Source: Octopus vulgaris (Eukaryota). From it: a DNA stretch of 64,000 nt. This document shows positions 51,780-64,000 of the stretch, in pieces (positions within the stretch are counted from its first letter, which is position 1; every line of letters starts with the position of its first letter). The stretch is taken from positions 37,324,001-37,388,000 of the forward strand of contig OX597833.1 in the NCBI GenBank assembly GCA_951406725.2, written 5' to 3'. The position numbers were made by a program, and so were the translations under genes. Below the pieces are notes generated by a model, which saw only the letters and a list, made by a program, of their open reading frames with translations, did no database searches and had not been told where the DNA came from.

Positions 51780-53470
51780 CATTGAAAAAAAATTCACGGT
51801 GACACTTTCTCTTTTGTGATTTGTTATTGCACTAATATTCATTTGAATGACATTTAGAACAGTAAAAATTGGCTACAAACTAGGAAGAAATACACCTCTA
51901 AATCACTTATCCTTCATGGATGATTTGAAAATATTAGCAAAGTCTGAAAAAGAAACTCCACTTAATGCTGTAAAGATGCGTAGTGATATTGGAATGGAGT
52001 TTGGTATATCAAAATGTAAGTTTAATAATGGAAAGAGGGAGGAGAGCCCATTGTAATGGAATAAACTTACTGGAAGAACAGACTTTAGATCCTGATGACA
52101 ATAGGTACAAGTAACTTGGCATACTGGAACTCAATTTTATGCATAAAGGAGTGAAGGAAAAAGTGAAAACAATATATCTGAAGGAGTTAAAGTTTGTACT
52201 GAAGTCCAAACAGTAGCGATTGCTACCGTGTTAGTGTTGGAATAGAGAATTGGATGAAGAATGAAATGGAGGCATTAGATAGAATAACCCTAGCTATGCA
52301 TGGAGCACTTAATCTAAAGGTAAATGTTAGTTGCTAATACAAGAAACAGAAGATAGGGGGGGGGGAGAACTTATTAGCATTTTTGAAGAATAAAGGTCAC
52401 TAAAGATTAGTAAATCAAAGAGTAATGAATTACTACTTTCTGCAAGAGAATTAAGAGTTCCTTGTGTTAAAGAAAGAGAAGAAAACATACCAAAGTAGAA
52501 ATGTAGTTACTTGAACAATTTCAGAGACATTCTTCAATGTTAAAAAAAGGAAAAATCATGACTCATGATGGGAGTTTGTTCTGGAGAGAAACTGAGTTCA
52601 TTGCTGGTTGTTCATGATGAAACTCAAAACACTAGAGTAGTAAGCTACACTTTTTAAACAAGTGCTATGTAATCAGTGAGAGGAAAATATTGAGCATATT
52701 GTAGTAGAGAGCTCAGAAGGAATACAAGTGACGTCATAAATTTTGTCTAAATTAACACTGATCACCTTATAGATAATATGGATGCAACACTTTAGGCAAG
52801 TGGTATAATCACATAGCAGTAATGCTCAAAATCAAGTGTTCTCAACTGGGATCTATACAAGATTTTGTTAAAAGTTATCTACAATAAATTCTTTATACTT
52901 CTACAATACATAAAATATTATTTTTTTATACACTTCCTAATAATATTTAATTATAAAAATACAGTAGAATGTATTTTATGCATATCAAATGGCTATGGAA
53001 GTCCAGTAGAGTAAAATAGGAATCAAAGGTGTCCTTAAGAAAAAAAATGGTTGAGAAATATTGCTCTAAATGAACTTGGTAAACCAAAAATTGTGTGGTA
53101 TTTTGACATCCAGAACAAATGAAGATCATAGACAGATATCATTTTATGACATGAAAAAAAAAAAAAAAAGAATGCCTTGTAATACTTTCAAACCAAGATA
53201 CCACAGACAAAGAAGAAATAGAGATCTCACTATATTTGCCAATTTAAAAGTAGAGATATCAAGAATGTGGAAACATCAAGCAGCAAAATGAAGTTGTACC
53301 AGTTATCTTCAGAATATTAGGATCAGCCCCCACCCCAGGATAAAAAAAAACAAAACAAAACTGTTATATACCCTTGGAACACCTGGACTTCAACATATAT
53401 GTGAAAACTCAAAAAATCTACCTCCTTTGAAACACTTTACACTCTTTAAAGAGGCCCACTCCGTCTAGGA
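51780..53470 (+). mobile_element. R4/Dong-like (RLE) non-LTR retrotransposon relic
   Basis: RT motif NHLSFMDDLKILAK...DIGMEFGISKC; C-terminal endonuclease-like remnants (LW-F-I-T...DI; LKVEISRMW; VVPVI..LG). Confidence 0.75.
52833..53063. mobile_element. hAT-type MITE inside a LINE relic
   Basis: TIR caagtgttctcaac / gttgagaaatattg; TSD ctcaaaat / ctctaaat. Confidence 0.7.
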
Positions 53471-55077
53471 CCCTTTGTTAAGGCTTGACAATTAACAAAG
53501 AAAAAAACAACAAAATATCTAGTAATTTATATCCACACTGTGCAATGCAATAAAATAATAATGGCTTCAAATGTTAGCACAAGGCTGACAATTGTGGGGG
53601 GAGGTGGTTAATCAGCTCACCACTTTCAGCAACATCAACACAACAACAACAATAATAATGATTTAAAATTTCTGACACAAGGTCAGAAATTTCAGGGGAG
53701 GGGATAAGTTGATTACATTGACCCTGGTGTTCAATGGTACTTATTTTATCAACCTTGAAAGGATGAAAGGCAAAGATGGCCTCGGCAGAATTTGAACTCA
53801 GAATATAAAGATGGACAAAATGCCACCTTGATGATGATGATGATAAGAAGAAGAACAATAACAATCTACAAAGTGGCTCTTATGACTTTTCTTAGAAACT
53901 CAAGATAGGGTTAACATAGGAGGATGTCACAAGCTGGTGTGATTTTTAACCTTGGCTACAATTGATATGAAACTGCAAGATGATAATATTTCTGTATATT
54001 CGAAGTGTTTTAGGTTGTGTGGTAGATCTATTAGGTGTAAATGCAAGTAATGTTGATATCAAATTACAGCAAAATCTCACTGAATTACAAGAGTGATGAA
54101 AAATTTCAACCTAGATACAAGCACAGCAAACAGAGAAAAGTAATGAAATTTATAAAAACTATAATTCATAGAAAAGTTATGGAATTGCTAGAGAGCTTCC
54201 ACTTTTATGGAGAAAGCAGAATTATTTGGATTTTTTTTTTACTTATTGAATTTGGCTTTAGTAAAGGAACTTACAATCAAAGGCAAAAGGCAAGCAACTA
54301 TTTGGAAATAGGGATCAACATCGTGACCAGATTTTGAAAAAAACTTGCAATTTTGCATCAACCACAAACATCACACTGAATCAAGTACCAATTATAATAG
54401 TTTTTTGTTACTATATATTTTATGTTTTTAAGAATTATTATTCTTGGTACACATTTTTAAAGATAATTCATGGTGACGTTCATAATTTTATGTTGCTAAT
54501 GAACTTCATTTGCTAATACAGTTTTATCTGGATAAAAATGGTCATTTCTATGACAAAGCTGCAGTTAATATACACTGCAAATGCTATGTTTTCCACTAAC
54601 AACATCTATAGGATGGGTTACATGGATGCAAGTAGGAGCTGTAAGCAAAACAAAAAAAAAATGGTTAGGAACCATTGACAGTTAAGCATTTTGAAAGGTC
54701 AAAAAAATAAAAGCTGTTGTAAACTAGTTCTTTGAATGGAATCGGATCCCATTTAGGTTGTGTGTAAGATGGTGGATTATCAGGTAGGTCTCATAAGACT
54801 AAGAATATTGGTGTAGATCATATCAACAGGCATTAAAATGTTCATGATAATAATGACACTGATACAATGACATTAGTGGGCTTGCAAGGCATTGCAATGC
54901 CATTGGTATGTATGTGTGACATTGTAATGTCATTAACAGGCTTGCATTAACATTACAATATCAGTAGCAGGCTCTGATATTATATGCATACTCATCAAAT
55001 AAATAAGTATGGCTCAGCAATTAATAATAAAGCAACATAACAGACAAAAGAAACTGTATCAATAAATCAGTACTTAC

Positions 55078-55419
55078 CAATATTGAAGATCCTCATGAAT
55101 GATTCTTCTCCAACAGTATTATTAACACTACACTTTATGGCTATCTTCATCTCTCTGTTTGGGTAATACTTCAAGCTAATTTTCTGCCTGGTCTGGCATG
55201 AAGTTGCAATAGGTTCTAGACCTAATCTAGAAACATTTTCTGTAATGTGGTTGAAGCTTTTGAGACTGAGGTCATCAGTAATGAACCAATCTACATTGCC
55301 AGGAGGGTTGCCAACTTCGGAATCACATATTAAATGAATCTGTTTACCTACGTTAAACTCATATTCTTTATCAGCCAGAATAATAAAGTTGGATCGTATT
55401 TCAACTTTCTCAGGTGGAG
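55078..55419 (-). CDS. Ig-like (C2/CD80-type) domain exon of a type I membrane IgSF protein; upstream exons not found in window
   Basis: Acceptor tttcag|CT and donor TTG|gtaagta; 342 nt, phase 1-1. Translates xPPEKVEIRSNFIILADKEYEFNVGKQIHLICDSEVGNPPGNVDWFIT...KIAIKCSVNNTVGEESFMRIFNI, with Ig hallmarks LxC-x4-GNPP-x3-W and xxC-x-V-x-N. Confidence 0.9.
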
Positions 55420-56337
55420 CTGAAATAAGATAGAAAAAAAAGATCTTGTTAATAATTGCAGATGGCTTAAAAGTGCTGGGATTTGAACCTGCGGTTTGCA
55501 AGTTCAAAACCCCTTGTGTTGCATATTGTTTGCTTTGTAAACTAGCAGAAAATGAATGTTACTTCTACTTCATAGTGAAAGAAGTTGAAATCAAGATACA
55601 TCTTTAACTTTGCATTAAGTGACAGCATTTAACCTACAATACGATCAGTGGAAAGTCTTCCTCCTTTTAGGTGCAGATGTTGATCAAGCAACCCAGTTAC
55701 CACCACAATCAGTGGACACTTTTCTTTTTGCCAAGTGTGGAGCTTTCAGATTGTCATCATTAACATTGGAATGATGAAAGGTAGGTCTGGAAAGATTGTA
55801 ATAGAGCTGTTAAAGTAGAAGTAAGTAGATGAGTGGTTTGTACAAGATGTGGCAGGGAAGGAGGTTTCATGCAGATTTCTCACAGGTAAGAAATGCAAGT
55901 ACAAATTCTTTTGGGTGGGTGACAACTCTGGAGTATAAACATGTTGGCAGAGAAACAGAATAACAGAGTAGATAACTTGACAGTAAGAGTGATCCATAGC
56001 CAGGACTGATAGGTGAACAAAAAAAAAACAAAAAACAAAAAAAAAATTTCTATGAAATTCCATTGCCAACTACCTTCATAATGAATGACATTGACCTTGT
56101 TGTAATAAGGTGGTGACTTCAATGGACATATTGAGACAGGTTGGTTATTCTGATGTACATGGAGGTTATGGCCATGTACCAAAGAAAGAAGAGGAATGAA
56201 AGCTTTTTGAATTTAGGGATAGAAATGATACCACAAGTTTCAGAAAGTCACCTATCTGATTACCTACCATTCAGGTGAACATGTGAACCAAATAGACTTC
56301 ACATTTATAAATAACTGGGATACAGACAACAGATTCC

Positions 56338-58110
56338 TCATCATCATCATCATTTAACATTAGTTTTCCATGCTGGCATGGACCGGATGGTTTGACAGGA
56401 GCTAGCAAGACCGGGAACCACACCAGTCTCCATTATCTGTTTTGGCATGGTTTCTAGAGCAGGATGACCTTTCTAACATTAACCACTTTACAGAGTGTAC
56501 TGGGGTGCTTTTTACATGGCACCATCACCAACAGGGTCACCAAGTAACTTACAAGACAAAAGTCCTTCAACTGGGAGTGGGGAGTAGCATTGAAAGGGTG
56601 GTGGCTAAAAGTTATAGAAGGACAGAGATAGGTTTGTTGCTGTAGAGTAGATACATGGATACCCAAGTTAGAAGAGAAAGTAGAGTGAGTCGGAGAGTAA
56701 GATAAGGAGAGCAATAGTGAGTGAGATGGTGATGAAATGTGTCGAGACATGCTCTTGAGGGATCTTGGGGGTGGTGAGAATAAGTGAGGTGGTAAAGAGG
56801 TTTGGACTGGGTGAGCAGGCAGGATATAGGTGACTAGCAAATGGAGAGAAATATAGGAGAGGATCAGGGACAGGGGTTGCAGTAAATGTGTGGGAATTGA
56901 GAGTGAAAGCACAAAAAAAGGAAGAGATTGGTGGAGACAATAGGCAGGGGAAGATAACGGGAAATGGAAGTGGTTTAGGGTGGGGGAATGAAGGTAACTG
57001 AGAAAGCTGGGAAATGTAGTGTATACCAATTCTGCTCTCAGGTGATGAAGAAATGATGGGTGTTAGGGGATGAAATGCTTGATGGGACAGAGAGGATGGA
57101 GGTGTGGACAAGCATTACCAAGGTGGTTTTAGGATATTGAGTTTGCTGTGGTGGACAATGCCAGATGTCTCAGTCCTTCATCATCTCCTTCCTATGGCTC
57201 AGCATCTTGAGATTGGCCTTCAGTACTTCATCCCACGTCTTCCTGGGTCTCCCTCTTCCACAAGTTCTATCCACTTTAAGCAATTGGAACTTCTTCATGC
57301 AACTATCCTCATCCATATGCATCACCTAATCAAACTAGTGCAGTCTTCTCTTCATCCCACTGCATCAGATTCCCCTGATGCTCAGCTTTTCTCTCAATAC
57401 ACTAGCACTCTGTTATACATGTACACTGACATTGCATATCCAGCATGGCATACTAGTTTCATTCCTCTCTAGTCTTTACATGTCCTCTGCATTCAGGGAC
57501 AATATCTCATTACCATGTAGCATTGTTGTTCATACACATGCATCATACAACCTTCCTTTTACTTACAGAGAGAGAGACCTTTGATGCCAACAGAGGTAAA
57601 AAAACAAAAACTCCCAGAATTTTCTGCATTCTATTTTTATTCTAGTAATTACACCTCTGCTAATTAGGTGCCCTAGGTAGCAGAAATTATCCACTACTTT
57701 TAGTATATTTGAGAAAATCAATTTCCCATGTATCTGTAGACTTTATGGCTCCTGTGTATCTTCTACACACAAACACTATTTTTTGTGTTAAACTTCCCAT
57801 TATTTCATCACACCTTTTTTGTGTCCATAGCTTGAAATGAGTACACTGCATAAAATTTCTGCCTATACTTTCATAGATATCGAACCTGGCCGTTTACCTG
57901 AAGTGGGTAGGTTCTGCTTGATTTTTTTGCTTACTAGAACCTTGATCTTTGCTAACCTAAAGACACTTTGATTTTAGATTCTGCTTCCAAGCCTGGAATT
58001 TCTTTTCTGGTTCTGTTACAGAATCTGCTATGAGAGCAAGATCATTTCCCAGGGACAGTCAGTCTTGAATTCTTCTGTTATGGCCTGGAGGACAATGATG
58101 AATAGGAGAT
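56338..58110 (-). mobile_element. Old RTE LINE relic
   Basis: Collinear with 23455-25690; degraded GRPRKTWDEV and FIIVLQAITEEFKTDCPWE motifs. Confidence 0.75.
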
Positions 58111-58519
58111 TGTAAATATGCACCACTCGTGAGAGATACTCACTGAAATATTGAAAATATTTATGTGCAGGCATGGCTGTAGGGTTAAGAAACTTACTTC
58201 TCAACCATATAGTCTTGGGTTGCCTCACTGCTTGGCACCTTGGGCAAGTGTATTCTATAGCCTTATGAGTAGATTTGGTAGATGGAAACTGAAAGAAACT
58301 CATTGCATGAGAAAGAGAAGAGATAGATGTATGACAGGACAATTGAAGTTCTTATAGGACAAACTATGGAGGGCTACAGACCAATTGTGACATGGTCATG
58401 GAACAGTAGAAGTAGACAGAGACATAAAAGCAAAGAAACAGGTTTGGAAAGATTAGAAGAGGGTAAGTCAGCAGAAAGAATGAGGTTTGTCCATGTTTTG
58501 TGGCTTGAGAACTAGAGGC

Positions 58520-59570
58520 ATGAAATGTTCCAGGTTGCAAGGCCAGTTGGGCTGGCCACAAAAAAAATTTGTTTCAACAAATTCTGTCTGACCCATGCAA
58601 GCATGTTAGTTACTTAAAATAGTCAATCACATAGAGAAGAAAGGTATTATCTTCAATGAAAGCAGAGAAAATGCTATGCCATTCATTACCATCAATTTAT
58701 GGTAAACTTTAAATTGATGGCAAAGAAAACAAGTGGCAGAGAGAATTATAGTAAAACTAATCAGGGAGAAAATTAGTCCAGATGGTGTGCAGTTTAGGTT
58801 TGTGGTAGGATATGGAAGCAATGGTTGCTCTCTTCTTTGAGAAGTAACTACAGTAGAAAAACCTTAATTAAGAGCAAATCACTACACTTCATGAACAGAA
58901 GAAGGCCTTGTGTAAGGTACCACACTGTAATCCAATGGTTGTTAAGAAAAGTGGGCATAGATAAATGGTTTGTTAGGGCTATGCAAGTCATATATATGCA
59001 TAAGGTCAGGAAAGTGAGAAGTATGCTCAGTCAAAAAAATTTCTCAGGTTGGGTCAGTCTTCAGTCCTTTTTGTTTAATTTTAACTTTCCGGATCATAAC
59101 AAAGGAATTTAAAACTGATTGTCCATAGGAATTCCTATTTGTTAATAACCTGGTAACAAAGAATTAGTAAGTCAAAGAATTAGAGAAGTTTCAAATATGG
59201 AAGCAAGCTCAAGAATCAAGAAGCCTGAGGGTCAACTTAGATTACTAACTAAAACTTTTGACTTTGCTAATTGGCACTACCTCAGTTATGATGATGAATG
59301 TTCCAGGTGATCCGATCAATGGAACAGCCATCTCATGAAATTAACATGCAAGTAGCATGAAAGAGCCCAAGTATACTTCTGGGAGAAAAACTAGGTATTA
59401 AAAGGATCAGATATAGTGCACAAAAGAGAAGACAATGCGGGCAAGGATATGTGCATCATATGTAGAGTGAAAGAATGTCAAGTGATACAAGTGAAAGGAA
59501 CCTGTGAAAGAGGAAGACAAACCAAAGAGAATGTGGAAAGAAGTGGTGAGCTCTGATTTTGAGGATGTGC
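58520..59570 (+). mobile_element. Degraded RTE LINE (another at about 26700-27260, - strand)
   Basis: VQFRFVVG, WLLRKVGIDKWFVRAMQ and KGTCERGR remnants. Confidence 0.6.
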
Positions 59571-62408
59571 TGGAACATATTCATCTAACCCATAAAAGAA
59601 AAGGACATAAAACAATGACAATTCAACCAACAGTACTAAGGGACAATCATTAAAGAGAAAAATAGCTGTTGTTGGTGGTGGTGGGGATAATGTATTTCTC
59701 AACCTACATAAAATAATCTAATTTATACTCACTTTCCACACCAATTATTTAATCTGCCCACACATCAAATCCAAACTCCTATGCAATCCTCCTCCTATTC
59801 CTTTAGTAGACCAGTCTTATCATAAAACCACTTCATGTTACATTAAAATTTCTTCATAATACTCATTTAGCCCCACATACTCTCTGCCTTTTCAAAGTAG
59901 TTATATTGCTCAGATCTCTATGAAATTCTTTGTTAACTGTTAGGTTTTGTGATTCCTGAAAAGCTTGTAAGAGTTTGGTGCATAAATTTGGCTTCATGGT
60001 GCTGTGGACAAAAGATATAGTTTGTCCTGCTTATGTTACTGGTACTTCAGGTAATACAGATTTATCTGGTAATAGCTAGATGAAATGAAGCAGTGTTCAA
60101 AAAACAGAATGAATGCCAGTAGGGGATTTGAACTGATGACCTTTGAGCATTTATTGTCATATCTTCATACACAGACCTTTGATCACAAAGACCAAAATCA
60201 GCTATTAACTTTTTAGAAGGAAACGTGCTCTTTCTCTACTAGTTTGTCTCAGACAATTCAAAGTGTAGTGAGGGTAATTCCTTCTCAACAGGCTTCACAT
60301 ATTGCCAAATCCAGTGAGTTAGATACCCCAAATATTACACCAAAGACTATATTATTATCGTGCATACAGTATTGTTCCTTCTCTACACAATACTTGCGAG
60401 GAATTGGCGATTATTTAAGTACCACCAACAAGATGTTCATATGGAAGCATGAAATCATAAGCAAGATGACTCACCATTCACACACACACGCACACAAATT
60501 AACGTTTGTAAAAAAAAGAATGGTAACTTCCAGTTCTTCCCAGTTTCAGATATGCAATGATTCTTTACCAATGGTATTTTTATCCCAACTGTACTCAAAC
60601 CACTAACCATGTGTTGTTCAACAATGCATCCAATACCATTAAACCATACAGACATTAAATCTCTTTCACATCAGTCTCCTATTGCAATCACAATAATTTA
60701 ACGGTGTATTCTCATAGTTAGCTTGTAAGGATGATCCAGAATTGTTGTTATCATGAAAATCCCAAACAACTTAACCCTCCACTTCTGCCATCAAGTATAT
60801 ACGATGAAATACAGAAACACACATCTGTGTGATCCATTCCTGCCAAACAGTAATTGATGACACTTGTTCTCACAGACAAAGTTTTTAAAGTAAAGTAGAT
60901 GATAAATATAACTCCTGAGTACAATATCATGATACTCTGCTGAATCACCTAGCTCTTTTAGCAATTTTTCATGAGAAGAAAAAAACTGTTCACAACACTT
61001 CTCATATAAAAACATCTTGAAGACTATGAAACTCCCTAAACTTAAACTTAGATGAACCTTAAATTTTTACAGTCAAAAGAATACTTCAACCCTAACCAAT
61101 TGATAAAACTTTAGAAAGCAAAACTATAGACCACATTTATTTTTTTGTTTAACTTTAAGCTAGGAGACTCATGTCTAAAAGAAACTTTACTTCTACAAAA
61201 TATGACTGAGGGAATGTTCTAAATTTATCCAGACCAGCCAGTATCTGATCTCACTTGTCTTTTTCACTTAGTTTCTTCCAGAAATCCCAATGTTATGAAA
61301 ACATCATTAAAAAAAAAAACCGGTTACATCTATAATAATGAAAGCAAAATTCTGTCTGTTTGTCTGTCTGGGTCCCTTGTATCTCAGTCTACATTTGCTC
61401 TACATAGACGTATTATACCTTTTTGGAATCAAGATGATCCCAGGATTGAAAATCTACCCTCCATTTGGTTCTTGAACGTCCAGCATTGAACATCTGATTT
61501 AAAAGCATTTGGGTTGCTATTTCTAGCAGGTAAAGCTTGGCTGATTCATGCCATCTTGGTTGGCATTTGTCAGATGATGTCAGAGACAAAAGGGAAGATA
61601 AATGACATTCGCTTTGTTAATTTTATGCCAAGATAAAAACTTTGGGATAAATTGGCCAGCAGTGGGAATTCAAATTGGGATTGGAACAATAAAATGATTG
61701 TATTACAGAATTAATTCTCATCTGTCTTTAACCTCTGATCAAACACTACCAGGGCATATAGTCATTACAGATCTATTATAGTCATGCTATTTAGATCTCT
61801 TTGCTTTTGGGCCACAGGCCTAATTTAATCTTCTACAGGAGCTAGCTTAAAAGTCTGCATGGAGTGCAGCTTTTAAGCTAGTACTATATAAAACAAAATA
61901 AATTAATTTGGATATTTATTGTGTTTAAAGAGAAAAAATATACCAGCTGTTTGTTCCTTCTGTTTGATACTAATTATGCAAGAATTCTTTCAAAAATCTC
62001 TGAACAAAAAAACAAAGGTTAAAATTGTGGTAAAAAGTTTGGCTTCGTAACCACATGGTTTCAGGCTCAATCTCATTGTGTGGAACCTAGGGCAAGTATT
62101 TTCTACAATATCCCGGGCTAACCAAAGCTTTGTGAGTGGATTTGGTAGATGGAAAAAGGGAAGCTTGTCACATACACACATATATGTTTGTATCTTCATC
62201 ATTATTATTATTATTTAATGTCCATTTTCCATGCTGGCTTTGGGTTGGACAGTTTGACAAGAGCTAGGAAGGTGGGAGATTCCAGTGAGATTTGGCATGG
62301 TTTCTATCACTGGAAGCTCTTTATAATGCCAACCACTTTATAGAGTGTGCTGGATTCTTTTATATAGAACCATATATGACAAGTCTAATATATAGACGTG
62401 TGTGTATA

Positions 62409-62490
<82 letters not shown>

Positions 62491-63192
62491 TGTCTGTCTG
62501 TCACTCTCTCTCAGAGGGTAACATGGTACATTTCAATTCTGAAAAACAAAACCCTAGAAATATAGCTTGCAAATGAAAAGCTCAACCATAGTTTCAACTC
62601 AGAGGTATACAATCCTATTGGAGAAGTCATTAGAACTGCAATAAGATCAGCTGCCATAGAAACACAATTTCTCATGTCAGCTTTGGTATTCCTCTGTCTC
62701 TCTTAGAGTGGTAGCCATTAATGAAACAAAATCCTGCCTTGGTTATAAACTAATTCTTAATACAAAAGGTCACTTGTTAGTCTGAGTGCTTGTGTCAAGT
62801 CTTCCATAAAAACTGCCACATATATTGTATAACTGAACTACTGACTGTATTAAATGACATTTGTAACTATCAATAAGACAGTTCTAACATTGAGCCAAAA
62901 TATTACAGAGAACGATACCTCACTACATAAGAGTAACATCACTGTCAAGCTCTACTGTTACATATTGTCACCTTGACACCAGATTTACAAACATTTCATT
63001 AAAATTTTAGCAGTAGTGAATACACTGAAACTAGGGACAGTTTGATTTAAGCATTAGGACTCTGCTAAATCATCTTCGATGGATAAATAGGAGCTACTAC
63101 ACAATGAACCTAGTAAGCGTTAAAGAAACTAAAAAAAAAAGTTTAACCTTTTAGCATTCAGATTATTCTGTCAACTGTAATGCTTCTTTATT

Positions 63193-64000
63193 CATCATCA
63201 TCATTTAGCGTCCGCTTTCCATGCTAGCATGGGTTGGACGGTTCAACTGGGGTCTGGGAAGCCAGAAGGCTGCATCAGGCCCAGTCTGATCTGGCAGTGT
63301 TTCTACGGCTGGTTGCCCTTCCTAACGCCAACCACTCCGTGAGTGTAGTGGATGCTTTTTACGTGCCACCCGCACAGGTGCCAGACGGAGCTGGCAAACG
63401 GCGATGGACGGATGGTGCTTTTTACGTGCCACTGGCACGGGGGCCAGGCGAGGTTGTCAACGGCCACGAACGGATGGTGCTACGTGCCACCGGCACGGGG
63501 GCCAGGCGAGGCTGACAACGGACACGAACGGATGGTGCTTTTACGTGCCACCAGCACAGAGGCCAGTCGGGGCGGCGCTGGCAACGGCCACAATCGGATG
63601 GTTTGCTTACTTGTCACTGGCACTGGTACCACAGCTGCAATTTCCATTGATGTTGATCGACTTCGATTTTGGTTCTGCTTTCTGATATCGGATTTGGTTT
63701 GATTTTGATTTTGATTTTGATTTTCACTTGCCTCAACGGGTCTTCACAAGTGGAGTTTTGTGTCCCAAGAAGGAAAGGTATGTAGGCCACAGGTTATGTT
63801 CTCACTAGTCTTGCCGGGTCTTCTCATGCACAGCATACTTCCATAGGTCTTGGTCTCTAGTCATTTCCTTGGTGAGACCTAAAGTTCGAAGGTCGTGCTT
63901 CACCACCTCGTCCCAAGTTTTCCTGGGTCTACCTCTTCCACAGGTTCCCTCAACTGCTAGGGTGTGGCACTTTTGCACACAACTATCTTCAGCCATTCTC
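63193..64000 (-). mobile_element. Young RTE LINE 3' end, runs off the window
   Basis: VEGTCGRGRPRKTWDEVVKHDLRTLGL...; same 3' UTR as 19597; CpG-rich. Confidence 0.9.

Noticed and set aside
56454-57472. Long ORFs of 191, 147 and 122 aa
   Set aside because: Low-complexity, purine-skewed 3' UTR or antisense of an RTE relic; not genes.
60200-63100. Search for the next upstream Ig exon
   Set aside because: No phase-1 exon with Ig Cys/Trp pattern and credible splice sites was found; it probably lies beyond 64000.

Overview
AT-rich, repeat-dense eukaryotic DNA. The SINE/LINE families look like those of octopus (coleoid cephalopod) genomes; this is inferred from repeat recognition. Almost all ORFs in the supplied track are spurious or transposon-derived. 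Two convergent transcription units can be read from splice signals. (1) On the - strand is the 3' part of a type I membrane immunoglobulin-superfamily gene: an Ig exon (55078-55419), an 18-nt stalk micro-exon, a transmembrane exon with an unusual Cys..Pro-Glu, a cytoplasmic tail built from 24/34/101/24-nt exons with three tyrosines, and a stop codon split across the last junction (T|GA). (2) On the + strand is the 3' end of a probably non-coding spliced transcript whose last intron holds a well-formed miR-125/lin-4-seed (MIR-10 family) pre-miRNA hairpin at 11978-12060. The rest is tRNA-derived SINEs (three families), RTE and R4/Dong-like LINE relics, mariner/Tc1, Tc2/pogo-, hAT- and piggyBac-type MITEs, a deleted Gypsy element, a solo LTR with a 28-bp CRE-motif array, a Helitron relic, minisatellites, and several long fold-back elements carrying Penelope-type minimal hammerhead ribozyme motifs. 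All exon and RNA calls were made by eye and need transcript data.
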